Assembly: GCA_951406725.2 (NCBI GenBank)
Contig: OX597824.1
Coordinates: 91,078,001 to 91,142,000, forward strand
Length of the DNA stretch: 64,000 bases
DNA from: Octopus vulgaris
Taxonomy: Eukaryota
Direction: 5' to 3'
This document shows positions 28,899-43,567 of this stretch, piece by piece; within the stretch, counting starts at the first letter, position 1; the number at the start of each line of letters is the position of its first letter. The notes below the pieces were generated by a model that was not told the origin of the DNA, searched no databases, and saw nothing but the letters and a program-made list of their open reading frames with translations. Made by a program: the position numbers and the translations under genes.

Positions 28899-29278
28899 TC
28901 GCAATAACCCAGTGGTTAGGGCAGCGGATTCGCGGTCATAGGATCGCGGTTTCGATTCTCAAACCGGGTATTGTAAGTGTTTATTGAACGAAAACACCTA
29001 AAGCTCCACGAGGCTCTTGCAGGGAAGGGTGTGGCGATCCCTGCTGTACTCTTACACCACAACTTTCTCTCAATTTTTCTCCCTGTTTCTGTTGTACCTG
29101 TATTTCAAAGGGGCCAGTCTTGTCACACTCTGTGTCGCGCTGAATCTCCCCCGAAAACTACATTAAGGGTACACGCGTCTGTGGAATACTCAGCCACTTG
29201 CACGTTAATTTCGCGAGCAAGCTGTTCCGTTGATAGGATCAACTGGAACCATCGTCGTCGCAACCGACGGAGTACCAC
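28899..29278 (+). mobile_element. SINE C with a third tail type
   Basis: C head plus the tail GTACCTGTATTTCAAAGGGCCAG...GATCAACTGGAACC, which is shared with the element at 35590-35870. Confidence 0.8.
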
Positions 29279-29805
29279 GAGTACCTCCATCACCTCATCT
29301 CATGCTCACCACATCCCATGCCCACCATATGCGTATCAAAATTAGTTGAAAATCTCTGGAGAGAAAGAGAGAGAGGGAGGGAAGAAAGAGAAAGAGAGGG
29401 AGAGAGAGGGGGAGGGAAGAGGGAGAGAAAGAGAACGAGAGGGAGGGAATTAGCGAGAGAATGAGAGTGGCGGGGAGAGAATCGTTGGCTTGGTTTTCTT
29501 CTATAGTGATTGAGGTTTAACATAAATATTTATCGTTTCCATCAAAACGTCGACAGGGTCATGTCAACAGGGTTTATTAGGAGATGACCACCATCACCTC
29601 ATCCCATGCCCACCACATCTTACAACCACTCCTGATAAAGGACACACACACACACACACACACAGAGAACAAAGACACAAGCGTTGCAAATGCTGCTATC
29701 TAGAAAGAATAACTCTTTATTCGTTTGTGGTTAATTAACAGGACGACCTTTTGTATCTACGTCGGTTCACACACACACACACACAGGCGTAGTACATTAC
29801 ATACA

Positions 29806-29838
<33 letters not shown>

Positions 29839-29940
29839 GCACGCATACGTGTGTCTGCCCGCGTGCATGTATATAAATATACACGTGTGTATATTTGTGG
29901 GTGTATTCACACACACACACACATCCATATATTTATATTC

Positions 29941-29997
<57 letters not shown>

Positions 29998-30025
29998 TAT
30001 ATATATATGTGTGTATATATATATG

Positions 30026-30056
<31 letters not shown>

Positions 30057-30087
30057 GTATATATATATATATATGTGTATATATGTA

Positions 30088-30140
<53 letters not shown>

Positions 30141-30157
30141 GTATATGTATATATGTA

Positions 30158-30228
<71 letters not shown>

Positions 30229-30570
30229 ATATAATATATATACACGCACGTGCACGTACATTTCCTTTCCGTAGTGTGAAGAAGGAAGACGAAGGGGAAG
30301 GATGAAAAAGAAGTTAGACAGACCACATTAAAATGCAGCGTTGTGACAAGGTAGGCCATTAAACTAAAACAACAAGCACCTGTCATCCGCTCACCCCACG
30401 TCAAATGTCCACTTCATGTTAGGGTCTCCGTATTATTTCGGTGGGTTTCAACCCTACCACCCTATGTACGCACGCGCCCTGTGTTATTTTAAAAAACCCC
30501 CTTAAGTGACACGAAGAATGTTACAACGAAACATTCTCTGTCACTGCTTCTCGCAACTCAAAAAAGAAAT

Positions 30571-30918
30571 ACTCTTTACTTTTTTCACTTGTTTCAGTCA
30601 TTTGAGTGCGGCCATGCTGGAGCACCGCCTTTAGTCGAGCAAATCGACCCCCCAGGACTTATTCTTTGTAAGCCTAGTACTTATTCTATCGGTCTCTTTT
30701 GCCGAACCGCTAAGTGACTGGGGCGTAAACACACCAGCATCGGTTGTCAAGCAATGCTAGGAGGGACAAAGACAGACACACAAACATATACACACACATA
30801 CATATATATATATACACATATATACGACAGGCTTCTTTCAGTTTCCGTCTACCAAATCCACTCACAAGCCATTGGTTGGCCCCAGGCTATAGTAGAAGAC
30901 ACTTGCCCAAGATGCGCC
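30571..30918 (-). mobile_element. SINE A with a head deletion
   Basis: Matches family A. Confidence 0.85.
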
Positions 30919-31269
30919 TATGTTTATATGTTTATATTTTCATCTTTTATCTGTTACTGGTTTCAGTCATTAGACTGCGGCCATGCTGGGGCTCTGCCTT
31001 GAATTTTTTTAGTCGAACGGATCGACCCCTGTATCACTTACAAAAAGCAACAGCACATTTGAAGAGGAGAAAGTCAGTTTTCTTTAAACCGAGCTAAATG
31101 CAGTACTGTAGAAAAATAAAGTTCTTGATGTACCACAATGTCTCCGTTAAATAACCACAAAGATTTGTCACAAGTCTTAGAGGACCAGCAAACTGCGAGG
31201 GAGAGAGAGAGGGAGAGAGAGGGAGAGAGGGAGTAAAACACTCAGGGACAGGAAAGCTAGTCTGCCCCA

Positions 31270-31620
31270 CGGGTACTTCATTTATCGACCCCGAAAGGCA
31301 ATGTCGACCTCCGTGGAATTTGAACTCAGAACGTAACGACAGACGAAACACCGTTAAGCACTTCTCCCGGCATGCTAACGTTTCTCATTTCTTTATTGCC
31401 CACAAGGGGCTAAACATAGAGGGGACAAACAAGGACAGACAAACGGATTAAGTCAATTATATCGACCCCAGTGCGTAACTGGTACTTAATTTATCGACCC
31501 CGAAAGGATGAAAGGCAAAGTGGACATCGGTGGAATTTTAACTCAGAATGTAAAGACAGACGAAACACCGCTAAGCATTTCGCCCGGCAATGCTAACGTT
31601 TCTGCCAGCTCGCCGCCTTT
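31270..31620 (-). mobile_element. Two adjacent or nested SINE B copies
   Basis: A full copy at 31386-31620 is followed by a partial copy; ATGCTAACGTTTCT is duplicated. Confidence 0.8.
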
Positions 31621-31635
31621 ATATTTATATATATA

Positions 31636-31806
31636 TTGCTGTGGGCTCGCCCTAGGCAAAAAGTTCAAAATTTTTTGCCGATAACACTCCCTGGACCCTA
31701 AGTAAGGCATGTGTAAAATTTTAATGAAATTGGTTGTGTAGTTCTCAAGTTTTAGGGAAACACACAGACAGACAGACACACATTCTCAGTTTTATATATA
31801 TAAAGA
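31636..31806 (-). mobile_element. 5' portion of a non-autonomous Helitron
   Basis: Minus strand A|TCTTTATATATATAAAACTGAGAATGTGTGTCTGTCTGTCTGT, a typical Helitron 5' end with (GTCT)n. No 3' CTAG end was found. Confidence 0.65.
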
Positions 31807-31871
31807 TTCACACACTGACAGTCTCTCCTTTTCACAAACTATACCATACACTTTCTTTTATACACACACAA

Positions 31872-31912
<41 letters not shown>

Positions 31913-32226
31913 TTCGTAACCTAGAGATCATAAGGTTGCGATAAGAAGATAAGTGAATGAAATATTTGAAGAAGCGATTCATACGCGAAAGGAAAACTGA
32001 AAACTTCCCAAACCTCTCAGAATGACACTAATACTTACTTTCATATCTACGTACATTCATACTGTCAAACGTACTGACACACATACGTTAGTACATACAT
32101 ACATACATACATACATACATACATACATACATACGTGCGTGTGTGTGTGTGTGTCTTACATGTTAACCTAAACTTACCTACCAAATATTTTAAATGAATC
32201 TAAAGCGTTAGAAACAAATGGACAAT

Positions 32227-32271
<45 letters not shown>

Positions 32272-32454
32272 CCCCAACATCGCTTGAGTACCAATGTTGG
32301 TGCGTTTACGTCCCTATAACTTAGCGGTTCGGCAAAAGACCAATATAAGTACTAGGCTTACAAAGAATAAGTCCTGCGGTCGATTTGTTCGACTAAAGGT
32401 GGTGCTCCAACATGGCCGCAGTCAAATGACTAAAGCAAGTAAAAGAATATATAT

Positions 32455-32748
32455 AAACTTTGCCCTTTTCAAGCTTAGCCGGGCTCATGGGCCCAGTTTC
32501 CCGATTTCTGTGGAATATGTGTTCCCCGCAGCTGGACGGGACGACAATCCATCGCAGAGTTACTCAAAAAGCAGGAAGAGAGAGTGAGAGAAAGTTGGGG
32601 CAAAAGAGTACAACAGGGGTCGCCACCACCCCCTGCCGGAGCCTCGTGGAGCTTTTAGGTGTTTTCGCTCAATAAACACACACAACTGGGAATCGAAACC
32701 ACGATCCTATGACCGCGAGTCCGCTACCCTAACCACTGGGCCATTGCG

Positions 32749-32752
<4 letters not shown>
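32455..32752 (-). mobile_element. SINE C with a V-domain-like tail variant
   Basis: C head; tail CTGCGATGGATTGTCGTCCCGTCCAG. Confidence 0.8.
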
Positions 32753-32844
<92 letters not shown>

Positions 32845-32928
32845 TGTCCTTACACATATATGCGTGTATATGTACATGTAGAGGTAGGTACGTACATATA
32901 TATATTATATATATATATATATATATAT

Positions 32929-33021
<93 letters not shown>

Positions 33022-33029
33022 GTATTCAT

Positions 33030-33239
33030 TTCAATATGTGACCTCGTGAGTACCGCTGGCGATGTTTTTCCTCTGTCTTCCCTTCTCTGGATCTTTCCTT
33101 CTCCTATGTTTCCGACGAAGAGCTCCGCTCGAAACGTTAAACCCTCCTTCTTCCCTTCTTTCCTGAGCGTCCAATAATACTTTATTTGTTCCACGTCCTC
33201 GCGTTGTGTTTTTTTGTGCTTTCTTGTTTGGATTAACTT

Positions 33240-33240
<1 letters not shown>
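33030..33240 (+). mobile_element. Short Penelope-like element with a hammerhead motif (33108-33142) in (TA)n
   Basis: gttt-CCGACGA-A-gagc(tcc)gctc-GAAACGTT-aaac; a near-identical copy lies at 59063-59258. Confidence 0.75.
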
Positions 33241-33293
<53 letters not shown>

Positions 33294-33832
33294 TGTGTGT
33301 GTTAAGTGTGTTATAAGGTACATCTAAGAAACGTGTCCCTTATCTTTATGGATTATTTTTGTTTCTCGTTTTCTTCTCATTCCTCCCCCCTCCCCCCGCT
33401 CCTCGCCACCACCTCCTTACATTTACACTAAACTAAATGTTCAGACGTAAAGAAGAAGACAGAAGGAGCCTCATTAAATTTAGATCTTTGTTTTAATAAA
33501 GAAACCAGTGGAGAACTTAAGATCGAAAGATCTCATATCTCCACACCACCACCACCACCACCACCACCACCGCCACCGTCACCGCCACATACACAGAGAA
33601 AGAGAAAAAGAAAGAGAGAGAGGAGTGAGGGAGAGAGGAGGGAGACGCGTTCAAACGCATATTTTGTACTTATGGAAAGTCAAGCTGTGAGAAACGAATG
33701 AATCTTTCTTTATTATCTCACATCTTTTATCTTCCCTTCCCTCTTTCTATCGACTGTCTTCGCAATTTTTCACAACGAGTCGACTGGGGAGAGCGCCTCA
33801 GCATGGTCGCTCGACCTACTAGAAAAAAAGCG

Positions 33833-33972
33833 TCAGTCCCACTGCGCGGCATCTTGGGCAAGTAGTGTCTTCTGCTATAGCCCCGGGCCGACCAATGCCT
33901 TGTGAGTGGATTTGGTAGACGGAAACTGAAAGAAGCCCGCCATATATATGTATATATATGTATGTATATGTA

Positions 33973-34041
<69 letters not shown>

Positions 34042-34250
34042 GTTTGTCCCCCTAGCATTGCTTGACAACCGATGCTGGTGTGTTTACGTCCCCGTAACAT
34101 TAGCGGTTCGGCAAAAAGAGACCGATAGAATAAGTACAGGGCTTACAAAGAATAAGTCCCGGGATCGATTTGCTCGATTAAAGGCGGTGCTCCAGCATGG
34201 CCGTAGTCAAATGACTGAAACAAGTAAAAGAGAAAAGAGAGTAAGAGAGT
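33833..34250 (+). mobile_element. SINE A, 5'-truncated
   Basis: Matches family A; an inverted copy lies at 34535-34832. Confidence 0.85.
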
Positions 34251-35589
34251 AAATCTCCCTTAAATCGTACACCCTGCCGTTCGAAATAAACCAAAAGGTC
34301 GTGGAAACGTAATGTCCATTCCAGATAAAAATCACTGACGATGGAATGACTTCGATCAGCGTCGTTCTGATTGGGGATCGACCTTGTGAGCAAACAGAAA
34401 AATCCCACAGTCAAACACAGTCGTTCGACCTGCTAGAAATCGCAGTCAGTCAGTCTTCCTCGAATAAATATCCTAGCTTCTTTTATCTCTCACTTTGTTT
34501 CGGTCAATGGATTGAGTCCCACGACTCGACTCCGGTACTTATTGCTTAAAGCCTGGTGCTCATTCTTAACGGCCTCGTCTGCCGAACTGCTAAGTTACGG
34601 GGATGTAAACATACCAACACCGGCTGTCAGGCGGTGGCGGGGGACAAGCACCGACACAAAGCAACACACATATATGACAGGTTTCTTTCAGTTTCCGTCT
34701 ACGTATTCAATCACAGGGCTTTGGTCGATCCGAGGCTATAATAGAAGACACTTGCCCCATAAGGTGCCACGCAGTGGGACTGAAACCGAAGTCATGCATT
34801 TGGGAAGCAAACCTTTTGCCACACAGCCACGCCAAAAAATTTCCGGCTTTGTGCCTAGAGTAGGAAAATTTTTTTCATAAACTAGGAGATGGCAACTGGC
34901 ATTAAGCTTAAGGATTATATAATGTACAAGTTTAAAGAATTAAAGAAAAAAAAAAGGACTCATTATATTGAATATTGTCGATAATATCGTGTGGAAATAG
35001 GGGGTACAGCAGTCCCGCAGTTCCTATACAAGAGCCGCCACTGCTCACCCACACCTGGATGCGACGCCAGCCCATCACAGGGTTAACTTCCCAGGCGTTG
35101 CTGGGACTCATTTACAGCTGAATGAACTAGAGCAACATGCTCAAGAACACCAACGCACCGCCCGGTCTGGGAATCGAAACTGCGATCTTGTGATCGCGAG
35201 TGCAACATCCCCACCACCAGGCCATACGCTTTCACAAGAATGACAGGTCATATCTGAAAATAAGATTTTCTGATATCCCCAATCTTATCTTGACTGCACT
35301 TCAATAAACTATTTTTACATCAAGACAGCCGACATTATTTTTAGACGCAGATCTAAATAAGATTAGAGAAACACGCAAACGAACCAGCCTTCCAAAGAGT
35401 TTGGTTTTTTTTTAATCTATGTACGCAGCCATTGGGTCCACCATATGTCTCGAGGGATTACACATCTGGAAAGTTCCTTTCCGAAGGCGTAGGCCCGAGT
35501 AAGGATTGCTTGCGGAAAACCAGTATTTACCCTTGTATGTATGTGTTCCCCCTGCAGGAGGTCGATGTTATGGAAAAGACAAGGCAAAC

Positions 35590-35870
35590 TGGTCCTCCGT
35601 CGATAGCGACGATGAGTTTTCCAATTGATCCGATCAACGGAACAGGATGCTCGTGAAATTAACTGAGAAGCGGCTGAGCACTCCACAGACATGTATACTC
35701 TTTACATAGTTCTCAGGGTGATTCAGCATGACACAGAATGTGACAAGGCTGGCCCTTTGAAATACAGGTACTAATCGTTTTTGCCAGCTGAGTGGACTGG
35801 AGCAACGTGAAATAAAGTGCCGTGCTTAAGGACATAACGCCTCGCCGGGACTCGAACTCACGGCCTGTCT
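35590..35870 (-). mobile_element. CORE-like SINE sharing its tail with the SINE C at 28899
   Basis: B box GAGTTCGAGTCCC, then CACTTTATTTCACGTTGCTCCAGTCCACTCAGCTG, then the shared tail. Confidence 0.7.
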
Positions 35871-36404
35871 CAACACAAAGAGCGGGAACAGAATCCACAA
35901 GGTTCTTCAGCGGAATTTGAGAAAACTAACATATTCTTATCTGCTCTAGGCACAGGGCCCGAAATTTTTAGTGAGCGGGGACAGTCGATTAGATCGACAC
36001 CAGTACGCAACTGGTACTTAATTTATCGACCCCGAAAGAATGAAAGGTAAAGTCGACCTCGATGGAATTTGAGATAACTAATATATTAGAGCCAAACTGA
36101 AGGAACCTTGATACAATCGTTCAACCGAGAAAATATAACAGTCAAATCTTCCCTCTTCTGTCGTTTTTAGTAAGGGTACATGTTAGCTAATAATAGTTTC
36201 AAGTTTCTGACACAAGGCCACCAATTTTGTGGGAAGAGGTTAAGTCTCGATTACATCGATCCCAGTGCACAACTGGTATCTTTCATCCCGAAAAGATGAA
36301 AGGCAGAGTCGACCCCTGCGGCATTTGAACTCAGAATGTAAGGACGGGAGAAATGCTGCTAAGCATTTTAGTCCGGCGTGGTAACGATTCTCGTAGACTA
36401 AATA

Positions 36405-36639
36405 TTTATGTCTTTATTGCCTACAGGGGGCTAAACATAGAGGGGACAAACAAGGATAGACAAAGGGATTAAGTCGATTACATCAAAGGCAGTACGTAAC
36501 TGGTACTTATTTAACCGATCCTGAGAGGATGAAAAGCAAAGTCGACCTCGGCGGAATTTGAACTCAAAACGTAGTGGCAAACGAAATGCCGCTAAGCATT
36601 TCGCCCGGCGCGGTAATGATTCTGCCAGTTCGCCGCCTT
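36405..36639 (-). mobile_element. SINE B (cluster 35935-36639)
   Basis: Matches family B. Confidence 0.8.
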
Positions 36640-37606
36640 CATGTCTACTAAATATGATACAGATATATATTATGTCAGAGAAAGCAGGCGGTGATCAGGG
36701 CTGGGTTTTTTTACTCATAAATTCGACCTATGGTTAAATATCATACTCTATTGTCTTAAAAAGACGTGTTGAACAATGTAGTCTTAGATACATCATGTCC
36801 GAAAATAGTTAGTGATGGTCACGGTTGGTAAAAAATTTGCTTATAGATCTGCTCGATCAAGGTTCTTCCTGTGTCTAAACACTATAAAGCGTTGGCCTAC
36901 GCCTAAACACCAACAGCAATAACAATCGCATATACACAACCCAGCCCAGTCAAGCGATGTTTCTAGGCCTCGTTTAGTTTCTCAGCTTTCATTAAATCAG
37001 CTGCTTCCGGCAAGATGGCGCACATCCACCGCTTCACACATGAATTGAGGCGAAAAAAGTCACAGAGGAAAAAAACATTTTCACCAAATGTTAATTTTTC
37101 CTTTTCCCGTTTTTAATTAATGATTTCATTTAAAATATAGAACGAACCAATTCTTTTTCACATCCATGTAACGTCATTCAGCAAACGAGCCAGCGTAGAC
37201 GTTAATAGTCGCTTTCTTTTAATAATAGTTCAATAGTTCGATACGAGGCACAGGTGTGGCCGTGTGGTAAGACGTTTGCTTCTCAACAGCATGGTTCCAT
37301 GGTTCAATCCCACTGCGTGGCACTTTAGACAAATATCTTCTACTATAGCTTCGGACTCACCAAAGCCTTGTGAGTGGTTTTGATAGACAAACCGAAAGAA
37401 GCCCATTTATATTTATATATATTTATATCTGTGAGTGTGTCTTGACAACCAGTGTTGGTTTATTTACGCCCAAGTAGAATAAGTACTAGGTTTAAATAAA
37501 AATAAGTCCCAGGGTTGATTCGTTCGACTAAAATTCTTCAAGGCGGTGCACCAGCATGGCCGTAGACTCATGACAAAGATACTCCAGACAAAATAATAAG
37601 CAGCCA

Positions 37607-37655
<49 letters not shown>

Positions 37656-38518
37656 GTATAAATATAAACTGCGTCAATGTATACAATCCACCGTATCGTC
37701 CGCTAATTAGTGAATTAATATTATATTTAATTACCTTAATTATTCATGGTATTTAAATGAAACCTGACACTTTTTCCTGCGACTCCACACCCACCCTCCC
37801 TCCACCCGACTTCCAAGCTAAATCTGTGATTTTCATTTTTCTCTGTGACCTTGTTTTCCCGCTTACCTCATACATAACTTATTTCTCAACATCCTCAGTA
37901 AATTTCTGCTCACTCAGTACCGGAAACACATTTGTGTCGACCACCCGGTCACTGTGCAGCACGCTTTGTGAAATCCGCCAGTGTTTTGTGTGCAAGCAGA
38001 GATTTTGTCATCAAAAGGTTACATGACATTTACGTCAGCCTACCTAGGTATACGTGTGTGTCTGTGTCTGTGTCTGTGTCTGTGTGTGCACGCATGCAAA
38101 CCCATACTATAGCCGTCACACGTGAGCGAGTGACGGTTCGATAACGTACCATGCTTTCGCTAATCGTTTCAGGTGCTTATGTAGTCACGTACTGACATGG
38201 ATACACACACACACACTCTCTATCTCTCTCTCTCTCTCTCACCCTCCCTCTTACCCGTGACCCAGTGGAACATCCAACATTTCAGTTTGAGGGAGAGAGG
38301 CACACACCAGCATCCGAATGGTACTCATTTTCATCGGAGTAGAGAAGAGCAAATGTGAAATGAAGAAATCTTGCTCAAGATCACAACGGACTGTCCGGCC
38401 CAGGAATTGAACCTGCGGTCGTGGGTCCGACATCCAAGCTACTGTGGTGCCCGGTTTAATCCCACCATCACCTAACATCTTGGATGTCCTTAATTGAGTC
38501 CACTCTGCTGCAAGCATA

Positions 38519-38613
<95 letters not shown>

Positions 38614-38677
38614 ATGGTATAATTATAAACAGGGCAAATTTTAGCCATTTCTCCACAGACTGAAACAGTAATGAACA

Positions 38678-38720
38678 ACCTCAATCGATTTTCAAACCTT
38701 ATTGGGTTCTCATCAGAGGC
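38678..38720 (-). ncRNA. Hammerhead-like motif with an 8-nt palindromic stem III
   Basis: gcct-CTGATGA-gaacc(caataa)ggttt-GAA-AATCGATT-G-aggt. Position 17 is G, so it is probably inactive. Confidence 0.5.
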
Positions 38721-39158
38721 ATCCACACCATTCTGACAGTCTCCAGAGAAACAAATATATATATACACACACACACACATATGATGTGTCTTATTGTCAA
38801 TAAATAGACTCTACAGGTTCTAATGCAATGAATTATCTGGGGGCCTTACAGGGTTGGAAACCCAAATCTCATCTATTTGAGTTGTGGCTTGTTGTCAATA
38901 ATGATAAAAAAATACCATAGGGTTCGCTGCACTAATTCGCCCGGGGGCCTATAATGTTGCTGAGAAGGCCCCGATTATCGCTACTGTGCAATAACACTAC
39001 CACGACCACGACCACGATAACCACCACCACCACCACCTCCACCACCGCCACTACTGCCAGCATAATATAATCTGGCTGCTAACCGATTTCAATCAATCAG
39101 GAAGCGCAAGTTCAAGGGCAAGAGATTAACGATAATCCAATCTAAACAAACCAACTGA

Positions 39159-39189
<31 letters not shown>

Positions 39190-39359
39190 ACACACACGCA
39201 TACGCACAGATAGTTATGAACACAAACACACACAGACATACACGCATGGACTCCGATGCTGACCTTCACATTGACTTTACTCTCACTTAACCCAGTTAAT
39301 TACCCACGTTTTATTAATTAGCAATCCGATTATATGACGGGTGTGAACACGTGTGCAGT

Positions 39360-39407
<48 letters not shown>

Positions 39408-39424
39408 TTTATACTTTTACTTCC

Positions 39425-39960
39425 TTCAGTCGAACAAATCGACCCCTGGACTTACTTTTTGTAATACTGGTATTTATTCTATCGGTCTCTTTTGCCGAAC
39501 CGCTAAGTTACGGGGACGTAAACACACCAACATCGGTGTCAAGTGATGGTGGTGGTGGTGGACAGACACAGACACACAAACACACACACACACATATATA
39601 TACGACGGTTTTCGTTGACTTAAGACTATAGTAAAAGACACTTGCCCAAGGTGCCAGGCAGTGTAACTGAACCCGGAACCATGTGGTTGGGAAGCAAGTT
39701 TCTTATCATACAGCCACTCCTCCATATATATATATGTGTGTGTGTGTGTGTGTATGTTTGTGTGTCTGTGTTTGTCCCCCACCCAACATCGCTTGACAAC
39801 CGATGCTGGTGTGTTTACGTCCCCGTAACTTAGTGGTTCGGCAAAACAGACCGATAGAATAAGTACTAGGCTTACAAAGAATATGTCCCGGGGTCGATTT
39901 GCTCGACTAAAGGCGGTGCTCCAGCATGGCCACAGTCAAACGACTGAAACAAGTAAAAGC
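39425..39960. mobile_element. Inverted pair of SINE A sequences
   Basis: A minus copy at 39425-39720 is immediately followed by a plus-strand tail half at 39760-39960. Confidence 0.85.
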
Positions 39961-39969
39961 GTATAAGAG

Positions 39970-40058
39970 CAGTACTGTACTGTTTCTACTTCGCGGATTT
40001 TCACCTATCGCGGGAAGTTTTGGAAAGTAACACCCGCGATAATCGAAGGATTACTGTA
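39970..40058. mobile_element. Tigger/pogo-like MITE fragment
   Basis: Ends ...CCCGCGATAATCGAAGGATTACTG-TA, with internal TATCGCGGG/CCCGCGATA inverted motifs. Confidence 0.5.
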
Positions 40059-41425
40059 TTTGGTGTTGGCTAACGTTGATATGTAATTGAGAAATCGAAG
40101 GAGAATAACTCAGGGTGTTTCTGCACCTTTAGCCGTCGTCAGCGGAACTGTTATCGCCTCGTCGCCCCATTCCTCTCTTGCTGTCCCTTCTTTAGTTATT
40201 AAATTATAATATATAGGAATGTTTGTAAAACTGATTAAGTGGCGCCGTGAAATGAGATTAATTGATAAATTAATTACAACAGGATCGGGGGTGGGGATGG
40301 GGGGGCGCGGTATTGGCATGTTTTTCCAATGTAAAGATGAGTCTTGGATACTGCAAATGGTTCTACCTTTTGCGTATGTGTGTGCGTGTGTGCTTGGGAA
40401 AGAACGAGGCAAAGAGGGAGAGAGGGAGAGAGAGAGGGAGGGAGAGAGAGAGGGAGGAACAGAGAGGAGAGAAAGAGTGTGTGTGTATGTATGTGTATGG
40501 TTGTATGTGTATATGTGCGTATGTTGCTATGCGTATTCATACATCTTCCATCTTTTATCACTTACTTGTTGCAATCATTGGATTGCGGCCATGCTGGAGC
40601 ACCGCCTTGAAGGTTTCACTCGAACAAATCGGCCCCAGTACTTATTTCTTAAAAGGCTGGTACTTATTCTATCGATCCCTTTCGGCAAACTGCTAAGTTA
40701 CGACGACGCAAATACAGCCAGCAATGGTGGCGGGAGAAAAATATGCATACTTATACAGACACAGAAACACACACGCACACACACACACACACTTATATAT
40801 ATATAATATTTATATTATATATATATCCATATATACATACATATATGTATATACCTACATATATATGTATATATACATGCATATATAGGTACAGGACATC
40901 AAAAGAACGTGAACAAAAAGAGAAACGAGAGCATAAAAAAAACAAAAACATGGAAAATGAGCTATTTTTCGAACAACGAAAGAAACAAATAGAGAAACGA
41001 AACAGGCAACATAAAGAACATTCCCTTCATCAGTTGTCCCCTGTTTTATCTACTCCGCGTTACGAAGGTAGGGACAAGACGCGACTTCGTTAAAACAGCC
41101 CTTCCCGCAAAGCAAATTAAATAAAATTTGGATTTTTTTGCGGAGGGTTAAAGTAAAGACTATTTATCAACATAATGTGGCAGTCCTGGATGGGACAAAT
41201 GTTACTGTTGTTTAGCCCCAGGAAACGTTTCCAGCTAGCTATACGACACAATGTCTGTGTCCTTTTATTCTTATATTTTCGAACAGGGGAGCTCAGCACT
41301 CCTATCCAGTACAAAGCAACATACGTATGACTTTGGAGTACCCAATTCTCGAAATTCTTTCTACCATCGGATTACCTTACCTTGTTCATTCGGAATACGC
41401 CATTTCTGCACTTTGACTATGAATA

Positions 41426-41810
41426 TGTGGTAAGTAGCTTGCTTACCAACCACATGGTTCTGGGTTCATTCCCACTGCGTGACACCTTGGGAAAGTGTCT
41501 TCTACTATAGCCTCGGGCCGACCAAAGCCTTGTGAGTGGATTTGGTAGACGGAAACTGGAAGAAGCCCGTCGTATATATGTATATATGTGTATGTGTGTA
41601 TATGTTTGTGTGTCTGTGTTTGTCCCCCCCACCATTGCTTGACAACCGATGCTGGTGTGTTTACGTCCCCGTAACTTAGCGGTTCAGCAAAAGAGACTGA
41701 TAGAATAAGTACTGGGCTTACAAAGAATAAGTCCTGGGGTCGATTTACTCGACTAGAAGGCGGTGCTCCAGCATGGCCGCAGTCAAATGACTGAAACAAG
41801 TGAAAGAGAG
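41426..41810 (+). mobile_element. SINE A
   Basis: Matches family A. Confidence 0.88.
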
Positions 41811-42096
41811 TATATGAATTCACAGACTAGGCAATGGCCAGCCCGGCGCTATAGTAGAAGACATTCGCCCACGGTGTCAATGCGTGAGGGTTGAACCCTA
41901 AACCACGTGATTCCGAGGCGATCTTAACCGCACAGCCATTTTGCACTGAGCAATAAAACGCCTAACTAAACAAACAGCGGGAATAAGGCTGCAAGTCACA
42001 CACACACACACACGCGCACACACACACACACACACACACATACATACACACGCACGCACACACACACACACATACATACACACACACATACATACA

Positions 42097-42128
<32 letters not shown>

Positions 42129-42389
42129 GAAGGGAAAGAGAGAATGAATAAATAACAAGATGAAAGTCTAAGGCAGAGGGCTCTCACATCACCCCCCCCC
42201 CCAGAAAAATGTTTACGAAAATCTTTGTTGGAAGATGTATTTTAATATTTCGTTTCTCCCCCACTCTCCTTCGAAACCGCCATCGCCGCCATCCATTCAA
42301 GTCAACCCTTTGTAATTCTATCAGGTTCCACAGAGAATCTAGGTTAGGAATCTCGGAAGAAAGAGAAAGGGAAGAGAGAGAAAGAAAGA

Positions 42390-42437
<48 letters not shown>

Positions 42438-43312
42438 GAAAGGAAGATGATAGTGTGAGTGAAAGAGAGCGAGAGAGGTTATGAGTGAGAGAAAGAGGGA
42501 GAGAGAGGTTATGTGAGTGAGAAAGAGAGAAAGAGTGATTATATGAGAAAGAGAGAGATTGTATGAGAAAGAGAGAGATTACGTGAGAAAGAGAGAGAGA
42601 TAGAGAGAGAGAGACAGAGACAAAGAGTGTAAGTGAAAGACAGAGAGGGTGGAAGACAGTGCATGAGAGAGATAGCGCGATTAAGAAAGAGAGAGAGAGA
42701 AAGAGAGAGAAAGAAATTGATTGTATGAGTGAGAGAGCGCGAGAGAGGAAGAGAAAAAGAAAGAGAGCTTATGTGAGAGGGAGCGAGAAAGAGAGAGAGA
42801 GACAGGCAGAGAAAGTCTGTATGAAAAGACAAAAAGTGAGAGAGAGAGAGAGAGAGAGAGGGGGGAATAAGGTGAGTAAGGGAGGGAGTGAAAGCAAGTG
42901 TGTGTGTGTGGTGTGAAAGATTTATGTAACTCGGTGTAGATAAAATATGTGGGTGTAAAAAAAAAAAAAATTGGGGTCGTCAGATAAATTTTTCGGTTTC
43001 TTTCTGCCAACCTTTATTTTGATCCTTATTTTTTTTCATCAACAGTTTTGCCAAATCAGTCAATGATTTATTTTCCTTCATTGTTCACGACTTCTTGTCG
43101 ACGTTCCAGTCGATTGTCAATGATCAGACGATAGAAGTCACCGGGTTTGGACTTGATTTTTTTAAAAAATTGTGGTTTTAAAAAATTATGGATTAAATCG
43201 GGGAATGAAAAGGAAAAATTAAAAGAAAAAACGAAATTATCTGACAACCGAAATAGTTCAAATTATTTAGATAGTCACATGGGCGGACGGACGGATGGAT
43301 AGGGATATTAAC

Positions 43313-43536
43313 AGGCAGACAGACAGATAGATAGATAGATAGATTGATAGATAGATAGACAGACAAACTGACAGGTAGATAGATAGATAAGTAGACAGAC
43401 AGACAGACAGATAGATAGACAGGCAGACAGATAGATAGGTAGACAGACAGACAGACAGATAAATAGATAGATAGATAGATAGATAGAAATATAGATAGAT
43501 AGATACATAGATAGATAGAAAGATGGACAGACAGAC

Positions 43537-43567
<31 letters not shown>

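Noticed and set aside
40870-41160. Additional hammerheads in TA-flanked elements at 40870-41160, 44475-44665 and 47660-47850
   Set aside because: CTGATGA/CTGAGGA or GAA motifs are present, but I could not build convincing stems I-III. They are probably related PLE-like fragments and were not counted.
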